From assembly GCA_002104905.1 (NCBI GenBank), contig MCFE01000584.1:1-55953 (forward strand): a DNA stretch of 55,953 bases, given 5' to 3'. This stretch comes from Basidiobolus meristosporus CBS 931.73. Its lineage: Eukaryota; Fungi; Basidiobolomycota. The notes beneath the pieces were generated by a model that saw only the letters and a list, made by a program, of their open reading frames with translations, did not search any database and was not told the origin of the DNA. Position numbers and translations under genes: made by a program. Positions 21,289-32,299 of the stretch are shown here, in pieces (the first letter of the stretch is position 1; each line of letters begins with the position of its first letter).

Positions 21289-21409
21289 GTTGGCTCTTGA
21301 TGACACACTGGAAGGCAAACAGTTGCTTTTATGTATGGTTTGCTAGATTCATCAGCGATCATCAGCAACCAAACCCAGTTTACTAAATTATGAAGCAAAG
21401 GTGAGTAAA

Positions 21410-21492
21410 GTTAATCAGCGTTTCACTTTCATTGCAATGATCAGTGAATAGGGGTTGATTAACACCGTAATCCAGGCGACCAATCACTTCAG
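21410..21492. promoter_or_regulatory. Conserved palindromic promoter element, copy 5
   Basis: Retains TTCACT-TCATTGCAATGA-AGTGAA and the invariant blocks. Confidence 0.5.
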
Positions 21493-21774
21493 TACATGAA
21501 GAAAAGTAAATAAAGATTTCTCTTCAATTCCACTTTGGAATGGCATTTGCGGTTGTGAAGAGATAAACCACAATGATTCATACTATGGCTTGAGGTGAGC
21601 ACACAGGAATGGCGTCGTTCTTACGTAGTTCTTAATTCCATTGCCGTAGAATGCTAAGCTACTCTCGTGATAAAGAAGCCTGTAGTTACTTTGTGGGATT
21701 ACGGATGAATTAATATCTTTACTGCCATCATTCGATAGTATACTGAGCTATATTTAGGGTTCTGTCTTTGACCA

Positions 21775-22109
21775 AGTACCAACGTTGCGTCAAGTGTTCA
21801 CCACCGTGACCAGAAAGCATGGCTATCTGAACACTATTAGCACCATTAGTGACAAAAGTCTCAGTGTTAACTTCAAGCAGACCCAACCTCGAAGTAGAAG
21901 GTTCAGCCAGTGCATCTGAGTACGCCAAACTGAAGGGGGCTGAACACTCTGATTACCCCATTATTATGATTCAGCCCGCACAAGAGGAGATCTACTCCAC
22001 ACCGGAAGTTGAAGGGAGCCCTTATCCTATGTGGCGATGATTGTGCTAATCAGGACTCGAAGTATACTTATCCTGTAGTGACACTGAATGTACCGACGAC
22101 TGCACTTAA
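21775..22109 (+). pseudogene. A' relic
   Basis: LRQVFTTVTRKH...PNLEVEGSASASEYAKLKGAEHS...CGDDCANQDS...DTECTDDCT* spread over several frames. Confidence 0.8.
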
Positions 22110-22189
22110 TTACCCATATTATTTGCTGTTTTCTGTGAAAAGAGCAGTGATTCACTACAGCATTTTCTTTGAAAGGAGCACAACAACAT

Positions 22190-23023
22190 TTATTCATTAG
22201 CTGATGGCATTGTCCAATATTTGCTTTTAAATGAATCAAATAGGAGTTCGGCACTAAATAGATCATACATGCTTTCCTTGGTTGGATCGGCGAACATGTT
22301 GCGGAAATTAGGATTTCCAATAAAAAATGAATATACCGATCGAAGTCCCTTCGCTTTCAGATTGGCTAGACGGTTTGCCGTAAACACCTGCTCGTAGTTG
22401 AGGATCTCAGGCCCCAAAAAGTTTGTCAGCATGAATAAAGGGCCAGCTCGATCCAAAATCCTCTTAAAGCGATGATAGTTAAACTCAGGGCTCTGTTCTC
22501 TCATCTTACGTCTCAGTGCTCGCAATATATGTTTGTTCACAGCAATGGGGTTAGTCAAATGGCGTGTACTGTTGCTTCTAAGCTGTTGTCTTGCAAACAT
22601 ACTGAAGTACTCATATAACGAATAGTATTTATGCTTTGGTCCCGGCAGCAGCAAGTCCAGGTTGCTGATTGCCTCTTGCAAGTTGACCATTTCTTGTAAC
22701 ATTTCTTCAGCGTTGTTTACTGTGTAGAGCGGACTTGGATTCTCTTGAGCAGTGAGTGACTCAGAAGACATCACACTCGTTGTAGCCTCAACAGCAGCCT
22801 TACATATATCTTCAATAAAGGTCAAGACATTGTTTTCACTGGTGCCAGGATTTTGGGATATATCCTCGCCGCCCACCAGTCGGCTGACAACCGCATCATC
22901 AGCTGGTTGGTCTCCTTGCGCATCATTATTGTGCTCTGGATCCATTGCAGAGTGTGGTGGTGCGTCTGGCAAAGCCCCTTCCGTGGGTAGCAAGTCACCT
23001 ATCTGTATCCCCCCGACAGCCAC
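22190..23023 (-). CDS. Orphan hypothetical protein (acidic low-complexity N-terminal part, predicted helical C-terminal part); start uncertain
   Basis: An 834-nt stop-free frame in CpG-retaining DNA. The track start is a GTG and the first ATG is at 22945. The same frame continues upstream past one TGA (23042-23044) to an ATG at 23203. Confidence 0.6.
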   Translation of the reverse strand: MAVGGIQIGDLLPTEGALPDAPPHSAMDPEHNNDAQGDQPADDAVVSRLVGGEDISQNPGTSENNVLTFIEDICKAAVEATTSVMSSESLTAQENPSPLYTVNNAEEMLQEMVNLQEAISNLDLLLPGPKHKYYSLYEYFSMFARQQLRSNSTRHLTNPIAVNKHILRALRRKMREQSPEFNYHRFKRILDRAGPLFMLTNFLGPEILNYEQVFTANRLANLKAKGLRSVYSFFIGNPNFRNMFADPTKESMYDLFSAELLFDSFKSKYWTMPSANE

Positions 23024-25323
23024 ATCTTCCTCTTGATATTCTCACCCGTGCCACGAAGCATTTAAAATGCCATTCTGAAGATGTAATTGGCAAATTCCCA
23101 GCTGCTGGAGTGTGCTACACACTAAAGCAAGTATTTTGAATCCTTCTTCACGGCTAGAAACCTCTCCCATCAACAGTAGGGCTTTCAGGTAAGTGCTGCT
23201 CATTGTATTAACGGTTGTATATCACACCAGGCAAGTACATGTATATATCTTGCCGCACTCCCACTGCACTCACAATGGCCCATTCCTTTTTTGGACAGAC
23301 AACAAATATCGCTTATGGCTACTATACAATGTGAAATACAGCACCGACGGTTAATCAAACAACGTGATCTATATTATCCTGGTTTCAGTCAGGATTTCAT
23401 ATGTGCAATTAAGGTGCCGGTATAATGGGCCAGTTTCTACAAAATAACAGCCAATAGTTGATCAATTTGATTAAGCAAATTTTTATGTGAGCCATTCTCA
23501 TTCTCTTAGTTCACAACTACATATAACAAACTACAACACAACTTAATTATAGTGAGATAATCCTGCACCAAGCAAGCTCATTAGTATACAGAAAGATGGG
23601 TTTCCTAATGTTTTGTTGCATCAATATCATTGTAATCCTTAGTTACTAATGAGTTAGCAGCAAGATGTAAAAACTATTGACCAAGTAATGCACAGCTCTT
23701 TCTCTTTATGTGATGCAACTATTGCATGGGTGAGTGGCCTGGCTAATAAGCACTTGCCCATTAGTGTTAATACTGCATATGAAGGAGCAAATACTCAATA
23801 GTGTTTACATTGCTACACTACTGAGAAGACATCATTCACATTATTACATATGCATTTTACTTTTTTTGCATATGACACTCAGGATAGATGCTGTGCTTGC
23901 AATTGGGAGATTTGCAGGCAATGTTGACAGTGCTATTAGGACTAAAGATTTATGGCTGCTATTCTTCAGCACTGTGGCCCTTGGATTACAATGTATCCAC
24001 CTCTTATCAAACCTGTGGTATATTTCTTCAGGCTATTAGCATTTGATGTTCTTAATGTTTGCACTAGCACCTACAAGAATTGACTTGATAAGCTTACTAG
24101 AGATGGATGGAGGCTGAAGTATTTGGTAGCGAGGTACAATCCATTTATACTCTTATACTGAATCAGCATCAAATTATGCCATCTTTCTGTATCATATATA
24201 TGGCCTGAATGAGAAGATATATTCATAGACTGCACCAAGTAAAAGATATTAGCAAAAAGTGAGAAGAGCCAACAGCCACCAACCTGTTACTAACTATATT
24301 GCAGCAGGCCAGGCTGCTCAGCAGTACTAATCATCGGGATGGGGTGTGGGTTGGAGCCAACACAATCATCCAGCAGCCTACCCAGTTCAGAACTGTTGTG
24401 GTACTGAGATATCTGATGTCCACAATAGGCTTGCAACTAAGCTACCCAACAACATTTCACATTATCCAACAAACCTGTTATGATGAAAAGCTTATATAGT
24501 GCTTGAAAATTCTGGTCAAGACTCAACTCACTAACCCTAGTCCAGTTCATTATGCAGATCTCATCTATGATAGTGCTGTATATTGTGTCCTTGCTACAGC
24601 TTTTGATTAGGAAGACTTTTTTCTTGTCACATTTACACCCTGTATAGGCCAAGTAGAAGCTCAAGTTGGGGTACTGCCTTTCTCAGATGCTATTACCAAC
24701 ACAACATTTCAATCTTTGCTACTTGACTATACCTACTGGGAACATTGGCCTTTGGCACCTTCTAATCTTGATGCTCTTGCACTAGACACCAATGCTACCT
24801 TGCCATGATCCCACAATGAGGTCAAAACTATGCTAACAGTTTAGAAAGCTTTGCCCTCTGTACAATGTTAAGGTGGGGTTGTAACATTGTTGTGCTGTCT
24901 GCACTGACCAATACAGCAGTAAGGATGCCAGTAATTTGACAGCTGTTCAGCATATTTTATCAGCTTTAAGCAGCACAAAGTCTGACATTGTTTTAGCAGC
25001 CAGTGTACAGACCTCAGTCATGCTTAGCATGCAAGCATAGCAGCCAGCTGCTGGTCATATATATTGCTACTGTACCAATTAGCCAAATGCTACTTTATTA
25101 TTCCACCTCCCCTTGTGCTATTTGTATATTTCACTGCTTAATTAAGCCTTTTACTAGCTCAGCAACTATTACCATTGGTATTCCACATCTGGTTTCAACA
25201 AGAGAAAGCCATGGCCACTGATAACTAACCTTTAAATACATGCCTACCAGCTGTAACTGGCATACTCCCCTCACCTCTTTATAGCATTTCAGTATATAAT
25301 CTGCAAAGTTACCATATGCCTTG

Positions 25324-25869
25324 TGTCATGATCACATGACAACACTGGTTTCTGATTATCTAGCCAAATCAAGTCTGTGAAGATATCCCAGTTCCTTCTA
25401 GAAAGTTTTACTATATTATAGTAACTTCTTGAAAGCTCCAAGTCAACATTACACAATGGGACATTCTATGGAAGCTTCCCATAAGAATTTATGTAGTCCC
25501 ATGCCATATATGGTAACTACATGTCACATGCCCTAGCAACATGATTAGCTGACCCCTGACATATCTCCATGAGATATTCCAGTCTGTTCTGTAGTATATT
25601 CTATCTTGGCACACTTGCTGTGCCTCACCCCAGAACCCCATCAGTATTAGACAATATCTCATGGCATCCATATTGCCAAAAAGTATATATAGTCCTATAC
25701 CCCCTTATGTATTCCTCAGTCTGATAAACACAGGTCTTGCATAAACAGCCTTGTCTTGGAAATCCACCTTGCCTAGGAAACATGTCTTGCCTTGTTGATC
25801 CACACCTAAGTCCTTTCCTAGTCCTGCCTTACCTAGCTCTACTCTCCTGCCTTGTGTCTATTCATAACA
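25324..25869 (+). repeat. 5' LTR (546 bp)
   Basis: Direct repeat of 30422-30954, roughly 90% identical by eye with one 13-bp indel. TATA-like element at 25684-25690. Confidence 0.93.
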
Positions 25870-26320
25870 GTTTTATCACACTGCTCCTGACTTACCTGTG
25901 GATCTCTGCCTTCTACCCAAAGTTCTTGAGAAGAACTTGTAAGGAATACCTACTGTAGGTATCACCCTGGATCTTTCCCTGGTCTTGTCCTCTAAAGGCA
26001 AAGATACTTTATCCTTGTAAGATTATTGGCAAAAGCTGCATTCACTTTATTACCCTGCTGGGGTAGTTTACAGTTGTTACATTATTGGAAGCTTTAGTAC
26101 AATACTCTATCAAAGGATGTTAAGGCCAGTACCTTCTGAAGTGACACTAACTTATTCAAAGTTGGGGATTGTGGCTCAATAATTGTATTCTTGACAAACT
26201 AGTGGCTTTATAACCCACAAATTAGCTAGCAATATCCAGTATTCCTGAACAGGTCCAAGAGACTTCTCCAACTCCTGCTACCATGACATATCCAGTCCAG
26301 AGTATAACTTTGCAAGTCTC

Positions 26321-27138
26321 ATGGCTGCCTTTGCCCAGCTGCCATAAGACAATGCAGACCTCCGAACTCTGTTGCTCAGCTCCAGAGCCAAAATTCTCAA
26401 CAGTCTATCCAGGCTCCCTCCTACCTTGATCCCAAGATCACTTCAACTACTAAGTTTGGTAGCTCCCAGAATGAATTCCAAGGTTTCATCAAAATTGTGA
26501 AGCACCACTTGTCACTACAACCCAAATGGTTCCCAACAGATCAAGCAAAAGTTGGTTATATCTCTAACCTGCTGACTGGAACTGCCCAGTAATGGTTCTC
26601 CCCTTTGGTAGAAACCAACTCCCCTCTACTCAGCAACTACCATGCCTTTGTCACAGAAATGAAGCTAACAATTGGCAACACTGACCAAGCCAGAACTTCT
26701 GCCAACAAGATCAAGAGCCTGAAGCAAGGAAACAGACCTGCATCTGTGTATGCTTCTGAATTCCAGCTACTAGCCAGTGATTTGAGCCTTTGGGGTGACA
26801 CTGCCCTAATTAGATCATTTCAAGATGGGCTCAGTGCTGAACTCAGTGACCTACTTCTCACTCTCCCTGACCCAACTACCTTGGGTGAAGCTATTCATCA
26901 AGCAATCCAATGTGACAATTGTCTTTTCCAGAAGAAACAGAAATTCTGGCATACTCACTGGCCAACCACCTTCCTAGTAATCCAGTCACCCAACACTAAG
27001 CCTGATGATCCTATGCAAATTGACAGTGCTAAATATAAGAAACTCACAAAAGAAGAAAGATCTAGATGTCAACAGGCAAACCTTTGCCATTACTGTGGCC
27101 AGCCAGGCCACTTTGCCAAGTCTTGTCCTAACAGGTAG
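26321..27138 (+). pseudogene. gag: gag (retrotransposon Gag domain plus CX2CX4HX4C zinc knuckle)
   Basis: LKQGNRPASVYASEFQLLA...ALIRSFQDGLS and CHYCGQPGHFAKSCP. The 5' part is broken by stops. Confidence 0.88.
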
Positions 27139-27215
27139 TCCAGCTTCAAGCTCCTGTAATCATCCCGTGAACAATCTTCACCTGGATTATTGGGAAACTC
27201 CAATGTCCAGTTACA

Positions 27216-30200
27216 ATGACAGGCTTGCAACTGGACCCTCCATTAATAATCCAGCACATTCAAGAAACATCATACGCTAACAAGTCCATCCAGTCCTTAA
27301 GAATGTCTGTCAACGTCCACCTCCCTGAATCCAGCCCTGTCTGCATCCTTGCCCTCATAGATTCTGGTGCTTCCTCCTGTTTCATTGACCAGTTATTTGT
27401 CCAGAAGCACCAAATCCCACTGTCCTGAAATCCTGACCTGTCCAAGAAGAAGTTATTGATGGAAGATCCCACTCTTCTGGTGCTGTTACCCATGAGACAT
27501 GTCTACTCCAGCTGTCCAGTACTGGTCACCAAAAGACACTAGCCTTCAACATCATCAACTCTCCCCACTACTCTGTAGTCCTTGGAAGCTCATGGCTTAG
27601 TCACCATATCCTAGCTATCAACTGGAAGACCAAAATCCTGACATTCCCCAGAATCCACCATGTCAACTTTATGAAACCACCTGATTTTCAGGTAAAGAAG
27701 TATCTTTTCCTAAGCTACCCCAGACCCAGGAGCCCATTGTCACTGAGGGAACCCTCTTCAATGGAATATCTGCCAAGCATCAAGAGTTTGCCCATGTCTT
27801 TGACAAGAAGAAAGCCAAGCTACTCCCAGCCCATGGACCCTATGCTTGTCCCATCAACCTTGAAGAAGGAAAAACCCCACCTTTTGTTCCTATTTACAAC
27901 CTCTTGCAACCCAAGTTGAAAGAACTCCATGCCTATACTCAAGAAAACCTCCAGAAAGGTTTTATTCAGCACTCTAAGTCCCAAGCTGGTGCCCCAATCC
28001 TCTTTGTCAAAAAAAAGGATGGTACCCTAAGAGTGTGTGTAGACTACTGTGTACTGAATAAGACCACAATCAAGAACCAGTATCCATTGCCCCTGATCAA
28101 CACCCTGTTGGATCAACTGTCTGCTGCCAAAGTATTTACTAAGATTGACCTCAGAGGAGCATATAACCTTGTCAGGATCAAGCCTGGTGATGAATGGAAA
28201 ACTGCGTTCAGAACAAGATATGGTCATTTTGAGTATACAGTTATGCCATTTAGTCTCACCAATGCCCCAGCTATCTTTCAACACCTGATGAATGACATAT
28301 TCCGTGAATGCCTTGGCTAATTTGTGGTTATCTACCTTGATGACATCTTGATCTACTCTAAGACCCAAGAAGAGCATAATTCCCATGTCAAGAAAGTCTT
28401 GACCAAACTTGACACTGCTGGCCACTATGCCAGACTGGAGAAATGTGAGTTTGACCAGAAAGAAGTTGAGTGCTTAGGTTATCTTATCAGCTCAAATGGA
28501 ACACAAATGGACCCCATGAAAGTAGAAGCCATCTAGTCATGGAAAACTCCCTGTTCTGTAAAAGAAGTGCAGTCCTTCCTTGGATTTGCCAAATTCTATT
28601 GTAGATTTATGGCCAACTACTCCAAGATAGCAACTCCCTTGACAAAGCTCACCCAGAAGAATCTGCCTTTTGCCTGGAATGAGGAACAGTCCAAGTCCTT
28701 TAATTCCATCAAGAAATCCTTCCTGTATGCTCCCCAGCTTGCTTACCCTGACCCTGAGAAACCTTTCATCATAGAAGCTGATGCCTCTGACTTTGCATTT
28801 GGTGCAGTCCTTTCTCAGTACAATGACAAGAATGTACTACACCCTATTGCATTCTACTCCTGGAAATTTACTCCAGCTGAAGTAGACTATGATATCTATG
28901 ATAAGGAACTACTTGCAATCATTGTTGCCTTTGAACAATGGAGACAATACCTTGATGGTGCAGCCCAAAAGATAAAGATCTTCTGTGACCACAAGAACCT
29001 TGAGTACTTTACCATCCCAAAAGTACTCAACCAGAGACAAGCACCTACATCTAGTCAATTACATCATCTACCACAAGTACCAATTGTTTGTTCCAGACCT
29101 TGATACCCAGTTGGATATCATCCATTCTTGCCATGATTCAATGGCTGCAGGACATTTTGGTACTGCTAAAACCCTGAATGCAATCAAGAGGGACTTCTGG
29201 TTACCCAAGATGATATCTCTTATCAAGGAGTACCTCCAATCCTGTGATACATGTAACTGTGTAAAATCTGCTAGACACCAGCCATATGGGCTTCTCCAAC
29301 CCTTGCCAATCCTGGACCAGCAATGGAAATCACTTTCAATGGACTTCATCACTGACCTCCCAGAATCTAACCAATTCAATTTAATCCTAGTAGTGGCAGA
29401 TTGGCTCACCAAGATGGCTCACTTCATTCCCTGCTCAAAGAACATAGATGCAAAGGAGACTACCCACTTAGTGATCAAGAACATTTTCAGGCTCCATGGT
29501 ATCCCCAGTGACATTGTATCACATAGAGGACCCCAGTTCATATCAAAATTCTGGAAACACTTCATCCAATATCTTGGTGTGCATGTCAAGCTCTCAACTG
29601 CTTTCATCCACAGTCAGATGGCCAAACTGAGAGAATTAACCAGATTGCTGAGCATTACCTCTGGTGCTCTATTAACTATCAGCAGGACAACTAGACCCAA
29701 CTGCTACCACTTGCAGAGTTTGCCAATAACAACTCATGTAATGGTGCAACAGGTCTCACTACATTCTATGCAAATTATGGTTTTCATCTGCATATTTGAT
29801 ATTCAGATCCCAACAAACACTATGAGCCCCCCAGCAGCTGAACATGCATCAACAATTCTAGAAATCCAAGAAACACTCAAGAAAGAACTATCCTTAGCAC
29901 ATGAGGGGTACAAGAAGTTTGCAGACAACAAACGGCAGCCTAGCCCCAAGCTTAATGAAGGAGATTTAGTATGGCTCTTGAGAAGAAATATTACAACCAG
30001 CCGCCCTTATGACAAATTAGACTACAAGAGACTAGGTCCATTCAAGCTCAAGAAGAAACTTAGTCTAATTGTATACCAACTACAGTTGCCACCAAGTATG
30101 AAAATTCATGGCACATTCCTTGTGTCCCTCCTAAAACCATTCAACAAAAGTACTCTACCCAACCAGCACCCAGCAAGTCCCCCAGCCATCCAAGTGGACA

Positions 30201-30365
30201 AACACTAAGAGTTTGAAGCTCAGCAAGTGTTGGATTGAAAGTACATAAGATCCTAACTTCACTATCTGGTAGATTGGGTTGGTTACAGCCCAAATGATCA
30301 AACTTGGGAACCAGCAGCAAACCTAACATACTGCCAAGATCTAGTTGCCCTATTCCACCAGATAT
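27216..30365 (+). pseudogene. pol: pol: aspartic protease, RT, RNase H, integrase, chromodomain
   Basis: ALIDSGAS (PR). [27 protein letters not shown] (RT). EADASDFAFGAVL, YDKELLAI (RH). HDSMAAGHFG...CDTC, LSMDFITDLP (IN). EFEAQQVLD...HYLVDWVGY...TWEP (chromodomain). Confidence 0.92.
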
Positions 30366-30421
30366 CCCCTAAAAAGCCAAAGCCAAAAGCTTTAGGAGTG
30401 CCCCGCAAAAGAGGAGAATAG

Positions 30422-30954
30422 TGTCATGATCATATGTCATCCCTGGTCTCCAGTTATCTAGCCAAACCAAGTCAGTGAAGAAATCCAAGTTCCTTCTAGA
30501 AAGTTCTTCTACATTCTGGCAACTTCTTGAAAGCTCCAAGTCAACATTACACAATGGAACATTCTATGGAAGCTTCCTGTTAGAATTTATGTAGTCCCAT
30601 GCCACATAAGGTAGCTACATGTCACATGATCAGCTGACCTCTGACATATCTCCGTGAGATATTCCAGTCTGTTCTTTAGTATATTCTATCTTGGCACACT
30701 TACTGTGCCTCATCCCAGAACCCAATCAGTATTAGCCAATATCTCTTGGCATCCATATTGCCAAAAAGTATATATAGTCCTATCCCCCCTTATGTATTCC
30801 TCAGTCTGATAAACACAGGTCTTCAATAAACAGCCTTGCCTTGAAAATCCACCTTGCCTTGGAAACACATCTTGCCTTGTTGATCCACACCTAAGTCCTT
30901 TCCTGGTCCTGCCTTGCCTAGCTCTACTCTCCTGCCTTGTGTCTACTCATGACA
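30422..30954 (+). repeat. 3' LTR (533 bp)
   Basis: Direct repeat of the 5' LTR, preceded by the purine-rich aaaagaggagaatag and followed by the TSD CCTTG. Confidence 0.93.
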
Positions 30955-31379
30955 CCTTGTGTTGCTGGAAACATACACATCTCACAATCATAAGCTTGGT
31001 TGCTGCCACCAAGGTAATGAAAACCTCATGAGTCTATGCTAAGAACATTTTAGTGCTTTGACAGTATATTCCTGCACCCCACTGGATTATTGCCACACTT
31101 ATTTGTGCTCTGCTATTCTCTTAGTCTGAAATCTATATTGAAAGGCAAAGAAATTGACTTGTACCTGGGAGATATCTAGCTTACTTTGGTTAAGTTGTCC
31201 CAATGGAAATAAGTTGCTTATTGCATCCAGCTCAATGTTACCTCATAAGACTGATTAGTAACATACTGAGGCCACTTGGATTATCAAAATCAGCAGAATA
31301 GGTTTCCCTACTTTAACATCTGTGCTTCACATTTTTCAGCTCATTAAACAAGTCCCTAAACACAACACTAACATTAAGG

Positions 31380-32160
31380 CCAACCCCTCACTCAACAGGT
31401 TGCTTCATTAATATTCACCATCAATAAGTATTTTTGCTGTAATGCCCTTTTTAACAACTGTAGCTGGAACCCTACGGCTTTATGCCATAGTTTTTTCACT
31501 TGGTGCCATATGTCATGGTCTTCATCCAGTACTGCAAAGTCTGGTACTTTATCTGTCAGGCTTTGCAATGATTCCTTGCAATATTCAAGTGCATTTTCTA
31601 GAACACTGCTCCTAAAGAAATGCTGCAACCTCTCAGTGTGCCTATTAATGCTCCAAAATTCCTCTGTAGGCATTATGATATTGTTTTGAGTTTGTGACAT
31701 TGTTGCTTTGTTAGTCAGTAGGATCTCCACTCCATCTGCAATTGAGGATGTGGAGGCAGTGGTTTTTAAAATGCCTTTCTCTGCAAGCTCATCTACCTCA
31801 CTGGAGTATAGAGCAACTGGCTGTACTTTCCTTACTGAGAAAACAGCTGTTGTCTTGTTGGTAGTGCTTGGCTATTATGGGATTCAGCCTGTTGTGGGCC
31901 AATGTGTTAATTGGCAAGCACTGCAGCTTTTCTCTTATGCTTCCCTGTCTCTGACATGGGTAGGCTTTTCTCTATTTACCTGTACATTTGTCACCCCAAA
32001 CTCTTCACCAATAATTGGACAAGAGCTTCTTCTGTTGTGCTATGTTTTCTTCTAGATGATTCCTGCACTAGTACATCCATTATTGCCTGCTTGACTCTTG
32101 CTGGCACTCTCCTGGTAGCCTGATATTTCTTTGCCACTTGTTTCAAGCTTTCAGCTATGC
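31380..32160 (-). pseudogene. CACTA-associated ORF2, duplicated C-terminal block
   Basis: Collinear with 32700-33480 at an offset of about 1.3 kb (EIxLxNKATMSxTQ...WxxVKxxWHKAVGF). Confidence 0.65.
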
Positions 32161-32299
32161 TTGTAATAGGCTCCCAAGGAAGCTCCAGGTTTTTGTCACC
32201 ATCAGGCCCTTGTCTGCTACTTTGACAATGTGCTTTGTGTATTGAACTATATTTTTTCCTTAATAACCCAATGAAGAATTACTGTGATGATCCTGTCAA

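Larger units (their letters stand above)
25324..30954 (+). mobile_element. Ty3/Gypsy chromovirus LTR retrotransposon, structurally complete but inactivated
   Basis: Two LTRs with TGTCATGA...TCATGACA ends, 5-bp TSD CCTTG (25319-25323 and 30955-30959), and a purine tract before the 3' LTR. Domain order is gag-PR-RT-RH-IN-chromodomain, with many stops and frameshifts. Confidence 0.95.
25200..31020 (-). mobile_element. CACTA transposase 3'-end relic split by the Gypsy insertion (25200-25323 plus 30955-31020)
   Basis: The rejoined flanks gcaaagttaccatatg-ccttg-tgttgctggaaacatacacatc match the uninterrupted 41820-41870 gcaaagttgccatatcccttgtattgatggtaacataaacatc. Confidence 0.7.

Noticed and set aside
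3225-22110. The array as an assembly artefact
   Set aside because: Copies differ by many substitutions and copy-specific deletions with microhomology junctions. False duplication would give near-identical copies. Long reads should still confirm it.
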